This document shows, piece by piece, positions 38,224 through 50,500 of a stretch of 64,000 nt of DNA (positions are counted from its first letter, which is position 1; each line of letters begins with the position of its first letter). The DNA comes from Podarcis vaucheri. Lineage: Eukaryota. The notes beneath the pieces are model-generated. The model made no database searches and had not been told where the DNA came from. It was given only the letters and a program-made list of their open reading frames with translations. Made by a program: the position numbers and the translations under genes. The DNA is taken from assembly GCA_965113315.1 (NCBI GenBank), contig OZ220371.1; one strand, given 5' to 3'.

Positions 38224-38367
38224 AGGAGCTGTTAATGTACACTGAGAGGATGGCCTACACTGGCTCTGTTATCCTCCACAAGTAACTTTTGAAGGATTTC
38301 TTCTTTTTTGAAAAGGCATTTGCTTTGAATGATTTTTGGGTTTGCTTACAGAACATTGCATGTTAAG

Positions 38368-38526
38368 ATGGCATCTGTCAGTGATCGGGAAAAGGTCAGC
38401 TCTTGGAACACTTTGGTGCTCCCAGACCTACCCAGCGGACCGCTGGATGCCTACCGGAAGAAAGCATCCTTCAGCTGGAAAGAGATGGCACTCTTCGTAG
38501 AGGAAGAAGATCTCCTCCGTTTTAAA
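38368..38526 (+). CDS. ACOX3: ACOX3 coding exon 1 (ATG; acceptor upstream ends at 38351)
   Basis: MASVSDREK...EEEDLLRFK|GTAAGG. Confidence 0.92.
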
Positions 38527-41500
38527 GTAAGGCTTAGAATAATATTTCTTTAAAAGCGATGTTGCAAATTAAACACAATCTGTCATAACCCCCCTTAAAG
38601 TATCCAATATGTACCATTAAATTCTGGTTCCTGGGGGGTTAGGGTTAAGGGATTCACATGGCCAGGGACCTTTTCTTGGGTCAAGAGAGCCATGATCCTT
38701 GATAAACAGGGATTTGAGGTGTTTTTGTTTTTGTCAGTGTAAATGGCCGTCCAGTAAGTTACTTTACATTTTGATAGGACTGTGCATGATGTTCATGCTT
38801 AAAGGGTTTTCCATCTAGGACTGGGTAAAAACAATATTCTCAAAAATATTGGAAGCCTTTTGAGGAGGGGATAGATTTCTTCTGTATTGTGTTTTTGATC
38901 TGGAGGAAAACCTCACAATTATATTGGTATAAAATTGAAATTATGCACTTCTTTATCAGATCCAAACTTCTACTGCTTTTAGTGCAGTACATGAAATGCA
39001 ATATCTATAATAATGATTCAAAGAGCTTTTAATCAGTGAGGCAACATTTGGATGTGAACTTATGTAATATTGCTTTTAAGATGGTTGACATTTATTAAGT
39101 TTTAAACGGCTTCCTGATTGTCCTTGTACATTTCTTATGGCATAGGGAAATGACTAAATGTGTTAATATATAAAATATGAATACTTCAGTTCAATGATAA
39201 ATTCAAATCTGACGTTCAACTATTCTGATGTGTTTCTTCCATGAAGAGCAGAATATTCTCGGCTCTTGAAAATGACCCTCTCTTTGCTCGTCACACTGGA
39301 GAAGAATTACCTCTTGAGAAATACCGTGAACTAACCTTCCTCCGCTGTAGGAAACTCTTTGAATATGATTTTCTACGGCTAGAAGACATAATTGAGAAAC
39401 CATTAAAAGTTGTAGCGGTGATTACTTGCCTGGGGATGTATGACTGGTCTCTAGGAGCCAAATATTTGCTAAATTCCCAGGTATGTACAATGCAGGTGTA
39501 AGCTCTTTTATAGATTTCCTTAAAGACTCAAGCCTACTAGCAAAGCATTCCATTTTTATTTTGGATAAATATTTTTGGAGATTTCATCTGAGCTGCTCTA
39601 TGTACGCTTTTGATTTAGAGGCTACAGTGGCTTGACACTTTTTTCACGTGGTAATTGTAGTGAAAACTTCATTGCTTGAACATACACCCTCCACAATAGT
39701 CTATTGATATTTGTTTTTAATTTCTTTTTGCTTTTAAATTGCTTTTCACTTATTATTATTTCACTTATTATTACAGTCATACCTCTAGTTGCGTTCGCTT
39801 CATGTTGTGGATTTTGGGATTGCGAACGTGGCAAACCTGGAAGTGTATACACAGCGTTCTGTGCGCTTCACACATGCGCAGAAGCACCCTATTGCACTCT
39901 GCACTTGCGCAGAAGCGCTGCTCTAGTTGCGGACTTTTTGGGGTGCGAATGGCACCCTGAAATGGATCGTGTCCGCAACTAGAAGTACCACTGTATCATT
40001 ATTAGTAGTATTGAATTTATATACCGCCCTATACCCGGAGGTCTCAGGGTGGTTTTAGAATGTTATTCTTGTTGGAAAACTAGCCCCCTCGGGAGAGGCT
40101 GGCCTCTCTCCCCGCTCCCGGAGCTTGTTTACCGGTGATCTTCCTCTGGCTGGCATCCCAGACAGACCAGGGAGATCTTGATAGGCGACATCTCCCAGTG
40201 GGGAAGATGCACACCCCCTTCTCCCTTCTCCCCTTTCACAGGGGAAAGAAGAATAGTCAGAAAGTCCTTTTACATCTTGTTTATTTCTGACTGTACAACT
40301 CTACAGAAAACATTCCCGATCAGTTCAAACTTCTCCAAGTAAGTGACTCAGACTTCCTTTACAAACGCAACAGGAAGGTCTCATATTACACACGGAACAA
40401 AGCCTTGTGTATCCCGTGAACTGCCTGGAAGATTCTTTCCCAGGACTAGCCACATCATGGGATGTAAACAAGCTGCCAGTTTGCAGCTGCAATGTACTCA
40501 TATTGTAACATCCTCCCCCATATGAATCAACGTTAGCTGCGAACAAAGCTTCATCCAGAGAAGAAAACAAACAGTTGTTATACACGTAACAATCCCCTGT
40601 TGTTTCAGTTCCACCTTTGGAACTACCTGCCACTGGTTTCACCAGTGTAACTCTCTGGTTGTCTGTTTTCCAAGGAATGAGTGCTTCTGCATTACCTTGG
40701 GTAGGGAAAGTTGTGTTGCGCTCAGTAACTCCCAGTTGTGTCTTTGTCTCTGACTTAGACACACCTTTAACTTGTCTAGAGTTGTCAACAATAGTAACAC
40801 ATGCAACAGCAGAGTTAGCAAACTCTTGAGAATACCTTTTTGGTGGTACGCCCTTTGTGATTCTCTCAGACCTGCGTATGAGGTGCTGATCCTGTTTGCT
40901 GACTGGTTTATCCTCAGGACCTTTTGGAGAACCACGCCCAACAGTAAATAGTGGTTCAGTTCACTTCTAGTTCAGCCTTAACCTGTGTAGGTGCTACGAT
41001 ATGAGAACAACGCAGCTGCAAACTGGCAGCTTGGTGAAAACATCACATGATGTGGCTAGCTGTGGGAAAGAATCTTCCCGGAAGTTCACAGGCTTCACAA
41101 AGCTTTGTTCAGTGTGTAATATGAGACCTTCCTGTTGCGTATGTAAAGGAAGTCTGTGTCACTTGCTCGATGGAGACTGAGCAGATCGGTCATGTTTTTG
41201 TACAGCTATAAAGTCAGAAATAAACTGTAGAGATGTAGACTTTCTGACTATCTCCTTTCTCTTGCTGGCATGCAAGGAGGGAGGGGGTGTGCACCTTCCG
41301 AGCTGGAAGATGTCACCTATCAAGATCTACCCTGGACTTGCGGGGATGCCAGCCAGGGAGATTGCCGGTAAACAAGTTCCCGGGAGCCTGGGAGAGTTGC
41401 CAGCCTCTCCCGAGGGGGCTAGTTTTCCAACAGTAGGTCTAGACATTGTGTGAGAACTCCTCTCAATGACTGTGTCAACAGAACTCTCTGAGCTTTCTGT

Positions 41501-44500
41501 GTCACTCTCAGTACCAGAATAATCAGAATTATCATCTGAACTGTTATCAGTAGGAAATGTGTGAAAAAACCTCTCTCTCCTGTCCAGGAGTGTTCTCTAG
41601 AAACTTTGTGAGAATCACCTCACCAGATTCAGACAAAATTACTCTGTAGAGACCCTTTTCATAACCCACAAAAATGCCTTTGGCATTCTTAACCCCCTGT
41701 GGAGTTTCAGTACGGACGTGAGATCCAAAAACCTTAAAATGTGTTACAAAAGGTTTCCTATGGAAGAGCTCCTCAAAAGGAGAACTTTCCATACCTTTTG
41801 AAACCTTTCTTACCCAAGTGTAACAGAAAGAAGATAAAGATTCAGACCAAAACTCATGTGGCAAATGTGAACTCAGCAATTGTGCCTTCATGCCATTTTG
41901 CAACTTTTTGTTTACCTTTACAGAAATACTCTTGTTCCATGAAGTTTCAGAAACAGCAACCTTATGCTCTATCCCTTGCTTCTTAAGGAAATCCTGAAAA
42001 TCCTGTAAAAGGAAAATTGGCTTTTCATCTGTGAAAAGATAATCAATATTAGCATTATGAACATTTTTAACCTTGTCACAAAACTCCTGAAACCTTGCTA
42101 AGGCTTCTTTTGGTGATTTCAATACATATACCCATACATATTGAGAATAATGATCAACACATACAAGATAGTATTTTGCATTGCCTCTAGATGGTGCTAG
42201 AGGACCAATTACATCAGCATACACTCGCTGAAAAACACTGGTTATCTTTGCAGCCTTCTTATCCTTGGATACACCTGCAAGAGAAAACATTTTAGTATCA
42301 CATTCAGTGCACATTCTGTAATCTGACTTATCAAAAATCAATAGATACAGTCCATCTTTCTCTCTGGCAGAAAGAAACAGCTCTCCGTCTTTAAAGATTT
42401 TGCAACTCTCCTTATCATAGGACAACACCAGTCCTTTCTTTGTCATCTGAGAAACACTCAGCAGATTGAACTTTAAATCAGGAACATAATACACATTGTT
42501 TATAGTCAAGTTCAGGCTTTCCAGATAAACAGCTCCAAACCCGGTCGCTTCAATCTCTTGACCATTGGCTTGTTTCACAGTGAAGCTTTGCTTCTCAAAC
42601 GTAGAAAACAATTCCCTGCGTGATGCTAGGTGCTGGGTGCAGCCCGTGTCCAGAATAAACGCATTTTCAACTAATGAAGAGGCTCCCGGCGATATTAAAG
42701 CCTTTGCTGGTCTTGCCTTTGACTTGGCATGACCTTTGCTTGAAGCCTCAGGCTTTGCAGAGCTCCCTTTAGCTCCTTTTTGCTGACGTGGCCTTTTACA
42801 GTTCTTCTGAATATGCCCTGGCTGGCCACAATTGTAACAACGAACAACATTCAGAGCTACAGCTTGCTCCTCAGTGGCAACCACAGTGGGGGTGCTTGAA
42901 CTCCGAACTTCACTCCCCCTGTCAGCAACAGCTATTGCAGCAAGGCGGTCTCTCTCATTAAGAACCACAGAACAAATTCTCTCCACCGTGAGATCCCGGG
43001 CAGGTAGAGAACCCAATTGACTTGCAACTGTTTTGTACGTACAGTTCAAACTGTTAATTATCATGAAGCAAAATATTTCTTCCTGAAGAGGGAAATTGCG
43101 TTGCGCCATCTGCTGGCGTAAGAATTTCATCTCTGTCAAATGCACTTGGACATCACCATCAGGTGCTAGTCGCATGTTTGTGAGCTTTTCAAAGCACAGC
43201 AGCGCTGTGCCTGCGGCATCCTTTTGATGGATTTGCTGTAGCGTTTCCCAAATCTCGTGTGCAAATTGCAAATCTGCTATATGCACAAGCTGATCATCAG
43301 AGACACACAAAATAATAGCCGACCTGGCTTTCACATTCTGAGAATTCCGAGCTACTGTGGGTGCAGCTGGAACGGGATTTTTAATCACTCCAAATACTCT
43401 CTGACTCTGAAGCAGGGCTTTCATTTTCACAGACCATGAGGAATAATTGTCATTAGTTAGGGGAGGTGGATAAGGTAAACCTGCCCCTTTCTTGGCATCC
43501 ATCTTGATTCCAAGTTACAGCTTTCAGCTACGTGCTGAAAAATCCAAAAGTCTATGAGCTGTTTACAAGCTGCAAGCACCTGGCAGCTAGCTCAGCTTGG
43601 AAAGTCTCTTCCAACAGCCTGCGAGACAGCAAGCTAACGCTGAAAAATCCAACAGCTTTTTTTTTTCCAGCTTCTGAGCTTTTTACTGCTCTGGCTTGCT
43701 TCACTCTTTCCTTTGAAGCTAATGAGCCCATAAATCAGCCCGTAAAGTACTCACGACTTGTTGGCAGGCAGTGGCAGTTTTATCAGCTCCCCTGGAATGC
43801 TTGGTATGTGGCCTTCTCTCCGCTCTGTTTTAATCCGAAAACAGGAGCCTCTCTGAGCGAACCGGAGAACTTTCAATCCGCGTTCACCATCAGCCATAAA
43901 TCAGCAACTGTCAGGGGTCCGTGGAACGTCGCTTATCAGCAAAAAACGCCTCCACCGGTGCTCCAGCCGTCCTTAGCCGTTACTTCGTAGCCACCATCCG
44001 CGTGCTACCACTTGTTGCACAACCAGTGTCCATCGGTTCTGCTACCACTTGTTGTAAAACTAGCCCCCTCGGGAGAGGCTGGCCTCTCTCCCCGCTCCCG
44101 GAGCTTGTTTACCGGTGATCTTCCTCTGGCTGGCATCCCAGACAAACCAGGGAGATCTTGATAGGCCACATCTCCCAGTGGGGAAGATGCACACCCCCTT
44201 CTCCCTTCTCCCCTTTCACAGGGGAAAGAAGAATAGTCAGAAAGTCCTTTTACATCTTGTTTATTTCTGACTGTACAACTCTACAGAAAACATGCCCGAT
44301 CAGTTCAAACTTCTCCAAGTAAGTGACTCAGACTTCCTTTACAAACGCAACAGGAAGGTCTCATATTACACACGGAACAAAGCCTTGTGTATCCCGTGAA
44401 CTGCCTGGAAGATTCTTTCCCAGGACTAGCCACATCATGGGATGTAAACAAGCTGCCAGTTTGCAGCTGCGATGTACTCATATTGTAACAATTCTTTGGT

Positions 44501-47500
44501 TTTACGGTATATTTTTATATGGTTGTAAACCATTGTGATATGTTTTTATGATACAGTGGTATATAAACATTTTTATAAATAAATAAATTTATAAAACTGG
44601 TATCAGAATTATAAACCATTATCTCATCATGTCATCTAATCATCTGACTGTGAGAAATGATTAAACTACTGTTTCTCTACTTTTATTTAAACCATTTCCC
44701 TGTGTTGATACAGAGCTAGGTCAGATTCTGATTGAAGCTAACAGAATTGCACTGTCTCCTTTGGGTTTAAGCTAAGCTGGTTTTTGTCATACAGGGAGCA
44801 AAGCAGACAGTCTACAAAACCTCCTAGTCGCTTACAGCAGTGATCTGAGCTGGCCAAGAAACCTTTAGGGTTAAGAAGGACCTAATGGTGTAAAGAGTAT
44901 GTAGCATCTTCCTAAAGTTCTCCCTTTTGGACAGACACGGATGGTGCCACACAGGCAGAATTCCCACCTGACATTCCACCTGACAAACCCTTTTAAACAA
45001 GTAGTATCATTATTCTGACACCAGTGGGCAGCAACACAAAAGTCCTGATGAATAGGAAGAACAAACTCTCCCCAGCTTCCCATTAGGAGGAGGAGGCAGG
45101 ATGGGAAGACCTGAAACATGGTATGTCTCCTGGTATGTCCCACAGAGGACCTTATGGTCTTCAAACAAAAACATATTGGAGGTCCGGGGCCACAGGGAGG
45201 TTACGCTGGCCTCAACCAGAGCCAGGGCTTTTTGGCTGTGGCCCTGATCTGGTGGAACACTGTCACAAGAGACTAGGGCCCTGCGGGACTTGACATCTTT
45301 CCGCAGGGCCTGCAAGACAGAGCTGTTCCACCAGGCCTTACCCTCCTTTGGTAATCCTCACAGAACTCTAGCCCAATGGTTGCCCTTAATTTGATTTGAA
45401 CTGATTTTATAATGATTTAATTTTGGAATGCTGTATTATTTTACTGTTGTTAGCCGCTCTGAGCCTGGCTTTGGCTGGGGAGGACGGGATATAAATACAA
45501 TATTATTATTATTATTATTATTATCATTATCATTTTCGTCATCATCATTATGGCAGTGGAAGGATTTACCTCTATATCCTCACTAGATCTTTACCAGAGC
45601 CTTTGCGTGTCAAAGGTTGAAAACGAACACATTCCATGTTTTATTTTATTGTGATTGTCAAACTTACTCAACAGTTCAATTCAGCCTCATCACCCTTTTG
45701 GGATCAACGGATGTGTCCTGGGGACATATTTTATTGGCTCCTGCCCTTCTTTTCATGTTGGGTGTATGATCACATGCATCCTGGGTGTGGCCAACACATC
45801 CTTTTGGGATGGAGTGGTTCTGGTCATCTTGAAAGAGACAGTGATACGGCCACTCCTTGAAAAAATCACCCTCGGCCCATTGCCTCGTGACGACTACTGC
45901 CCAGTTACAAATACCCCTTTTTTGGAAAATTGATTGAGAGGGTTGTGGGATGGTGGCAAGTGCTCTAGGATGAAACCTGTTCTCTTCACCGGCCTTGAGA
46001 AGATATTGTACTATTGCTTAATAATAATCCAGAGATCAAGGAATCATTCATTTTTATTTTCATTATTTCACTTTGCAGCTGAAACCAGGAGGAAAATTAT
46101 TTTCTTGTAATGAAGTTGTGTTTCCTGATGCAGAATAGCGTAAAATATCACAGAATAGCATTTTCTCCTAGGAAGGGAGCAACTTAACACTTGACTTGTG
46201 GTTTGAGCTGTGAGCAGTGATGCTTTTCTATCTCAAATCTTTATTGAACATGTCATTTTGACCCCTTCCTCTACTTTAACAAAAATATTTTTACTATTTA
46301 TCATTTACATCAGCTAATTGTCTTTAATGTTTACAGGTGTTCAAAAGTGCAATTGAGAGTTCTGGCTCAAAAAGACATGAAGAATTTATTAAAGATAATG
46401 AAAATATGAAGGTACTCTTTAAACTACCTAAATCAATCTTTGCTTTAAAATACCAGTATATATACTGCCACTAATTTTGAGTTAATGGTGTTTCTAAAAA
46501 CAAGATTATTAGCTACGTATACTAATGAAGCAATACCTGCAAATCTCTTGTAAAATAGTATCTCCTATGGAGTTACTTCATTTTGATTTACTAGTGCTTC
46601 TCTGTTTCTGTCGGAAAACCATAATTAAAGTTTCTTACAGTGGAAGGGATGAATTATCTGGATCAGTTTGCTTATTCATCATTTATGAAACTACTGCAGG
46701 ATCTTCACTAATATCTAATACAAATTTATAAGGCAGTAGTTCAAGAAGTGCCTTGCAGCATCAAATCAGCAGAGTGCAGTCCTTCAGCACAAAGCCACAA
46801 ACATACCTGTCCAAAAGATGCTCACCTTGCTTCAGTTAAGGGTGATGCAGGTAGAAGCAGGATTCCACATTCGTATCCTAAGCTGTATACGTCAATTCTG
46901 TGTGCATGACCCCTATTCCCACAACCAAACAGTTTTCAAAAGGTGTGAACTTAGCCAAGGGATGAAGAGCCTGTTGCCATGTAGATGTTGTTGAACTCCA
47001 GTTCCCATTAGCACCAGCCAGTGCAACCAGCAGCCAGGGATTATGGGAGTTGTAGTCTGGCAACATATACAGGGCCACAGAATCCCCACCCTGGCATAAA
47101 AAAAATGTTCAGAAAGGGAAGTACTGCTTCTCTGAACAGTGGGATTGGAGAAAGCTGATCCTCCTTCTAAAGGACTCTATGCACACTCCTTTGGATAAAG
47201 CAAAGAGTTTTATTTTAACTTCTTAAGGAAACTTTTTCATTTTGTGTTTTTTCACTGTTAATACATTGACTAAGCTTTGGATCAGGCATAGGCAAACTTG
47301 GCCCTCCAGATGTTTTGGGACTACAATTCCCATCACCCCTGACCACTGGTCCTGTTAGCTAGGGATGATGGGAGTTGTAGTCCCACAACATCTGGAGAGC
47401 TGAGTTTGCCTATGCCTGCTTTGGATTTTGCTTGTTGCTGTGGTGACCTGGTGTTAACATTTACCTTTTGACTTGATCCTAAACGTTTACACCTGTGAAT

Positions 47501-50500
47501 TGTGATATAAACACTGAGCTCAGATAGGTGGGAGGAGAGGGAAAGGAGGAACTGCCCTGAGATTTGCAGATGAAGGGCGGTATCCAAATTTAATAAATGG
47601 CTAAAAAATGATAAATATAGTGCATTTCAGGGCTCACTTTAGAGCTGCTGCAGCCTCACAATAGCCATGCGTGGCCACCTGTCCCTAACCCAACATCATA
47701 TGGTGCCAGGTGTGGGACAAGCACAGCCGTGGCTTCAAAGGAAAAATCAGGAGGCAGATGACAATCCAGATAATTCATTTGTGTTACGATGCTGCCCTGC
47801 TGCCCACTTCTTCCAGGCAGGACCAGTTCCAATCAGGAACTTTTGACAGTAGCTGTAATCCTTGCCGAAAGAAGGATGCTGGCATTGCACTGGGTGCCAA
47901 ATTTAAACAGCCTCCTAATGCAAGCCGTGCAGCTTCCAGAAGGGATCAAAACTTCAGCTGAGAGCTCCTGAGTGGAACTGATCACGCCTGGCATGCATTT
48001 CCAGGTGCCACCTGACAGGAGCTTGAAAGATGGGCACACAGTTCAAGAAGGACACTGACAAACTGGAACGTGTCCAGAGGAGGGCAACCAAAATGGTCAA
48101 AGGCCTGGAAATGATGCCTTATGAGGAACGGCTAAGGGAGCTGGGCATGTTTAGCCTGGAGAAGAGGAGGTTAAGGGGTGATATGATAGCCATGTTCAAA
48201 TATATAAAAGGATGTCACATAGAGGAGGGAGAAAGGTTGTTTTCTGCTGCTCCAGAGAAGCGGACACGGAGCAATGGATCCAAACGACAAGAAAGAAGAT
48301 TCCACCTAAAGATTAGGAAGAACTTCCTGACAGTAAGAGCTGTTCGACAGTGGAATTTGCTGCCAAGGAGTGTGGTGGAGTCTCCTACTTTGGAGGTCTT
48401 TAAGCAGAGGCTTGACAACCATATGTCAGGAGTGCTCTGATGGTGTTTCCTGCTTGGCAGGGGGTTGGACTCGATGGCCCTTGTGGTCTCTTCCAACTCT
48501 ATGATTCTATGATTCTACACCCCACACCTGTCAAATGCAGCCTCCAGAGGGTTGGCACCTCCTTGTCCTAGCCTGCCAGAGGAGATGCCCTTTCCCAAAG
48601 GGCAGCCGCTGGTCAGTGGGTGACCTCTACCCGGCTGCAGGGCAGTGTGCCCACTCTGAATCATTTAAGGACTAGACTTTGAAGCTCACAGATGAACATC
48701 TTTAAGTTTGTAAGCTGGAGCTCCAGGGCAGCTCTTTCACAACAGAGATCCCCCATTGCCCTAATGTTTACGCCACCCTGGTTTGAATCATACAAGTTCT
48801 TACTCAGTTTGTGTCTTTTGTCTCCAGAACTTTGGATGTTTTGCTCTGACTGAATTAAGCCATGGCAGCAATACCAAGAACATGCGGACTACAGCTAGAT
48901 ATGACCCGACTACTCAAGTTAGTAGCAGTGCCCTGTAAAGTTCTCTAATATTCTTCACTTAATTTTTTATTAAAATAGGACATTGTACTTCTGAACCCAG
49001 GTACTCTAATCTTTTCTATACAGTGGACCTGCAACTCACATGTAACCTATTTATATGATCACAAACGTAGGCTCAGGTCCAATGAATGAATGAATGAGGC
49101 ACAGGAGAATTCCAACCTGGAAAGAGCTTTTTTTAGTCCTTTGCCTTGATGGCTAGGCTCTGAGAAGATGGTACAAGGGCCCTGAGATGCTTCCGGAGCC
49201 CTTGTGCAGTAAGCAGGGCGGAGGGCAAAGCCTGATCCAGACAGGCCACTGTATTGGGACCTGTCATGGGAAGAGCCCTACCCAACAGCCTCACATTTCT
49301 GCTGGTAAATAGTTTGGAAAAGAGCTCCATGACTGTGGTGCAGTGGTAAAAAGAAAAATGCCTCTGTGGCTTTGTTTGAAGCCTTTCTCCTAAAATGTAT
49401 GTATTGTTTACGCCTGTGAAACTATTTTCCATTGCGTTTCTGTCCTGCTCACTGAGGCTGCAGTCCTGTGGCCATTTAGTTCAGAGAAAGCCCTGCTGAA
49501 CGCCAAGTAGACAGGGGTTGTGCTGCGACAGCACAGAACAGAGGTTGTCAATAGATTCATCCAACTTCATATTTCAGAGAAGATATACAGTGTGTTTAGA
49601 ATTTTCTCCCCATCCCCCTCTTATCAACTATGTAGGAATTCATTATTCACTCACCGGATTTTGAAGCAGCAAAGTTCTGGGTTGGCAACATGGGGAAGAA
49701 TGCAACTCATGCAGTTGTCTACGCACAGCTATATACTCCGGATGGCCAGTGCCATGGATTGCATTCCTTTGTCGTACAGGTGAGAATGAATTCATCTAAA
49801 TCTAGAATATTGGAATAAGCCAAGAGCTTTTTCATTATCCTGGATCATTGGTGGCATTTGCCTATTACTATTTCCTAGTTGTAAACACTTTTTGTGGAAC
49901 GGTCACTTGCTAGCCTGGAAATTGCATAAGATCACTCTGGAGTCACTAAAGGGGGGGGGGCGCCTCTTCAGGCAAATATCTTTCTACTGGGTATGAAAGG
50001 CTTGCAAGTGCCCTTGCCCTGCTTTGGCCAAGCAGAAAGTAATGTACAACCCAGTGCAATATCTGCATTGCTCCCTCAGTATGCGTTTGGACAGTAAGTT
50101 CAGAGACAGTGCAGCTGTAGATGAGCACAGCTCTGGGCTGCTGAGTCCTGTGTTACTTTAGACCCATGAAGATGGGGAGCATCATATGCCCTTGTAGCAG
50201 ATACAAAAATATTTCTCTGAAGGGCACCTGACAGTGCAATCATACAATGAGCCGTGTACTGAAAGACATTGTGAGCCCCATAGAAGCGCCTGTGGGAAAT
50301 GTGAAGTTTGTTGTGTATTGGGTTTTAGATCATAGCTATATAATCCAACCAGTTGCATGCATTGAAACAGATGTGCACACTTTTCTAATTAATTGTATAG
50401 AGTTCTGAACCGGAACAAAAAGGTGGTTCAATGACTTCTTGTAAATGTTTTAATGGAGGCATTTCTTACAGATCCGAGATCCGAAAACACTTCTTCCCAT

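Larger units (their letters stand above)
40070..44490 (-). mobile_element. Ty1/copia-type LTR retrotransposon lacking RT/RNase H (non-autonomous)
   Basis: Two 441-bp direct LTRs (40070-40510, 44050-44490; TG...CA; 5 mismatches by eye); 5-bp TSD ATTCT; PPT GGGGGAGGA next to 3' LTR; tRNAiMet-like PBS TGGTAGCAGA next to 5' LTR. Confidence 0.95.

Noticed and set aside
41547-43502. Domesticated Gag/integrase-derived host gene
   Set aside because: It sits between near-identical LTRs with TSD, PBS and PPT, so it is a young mobile element.
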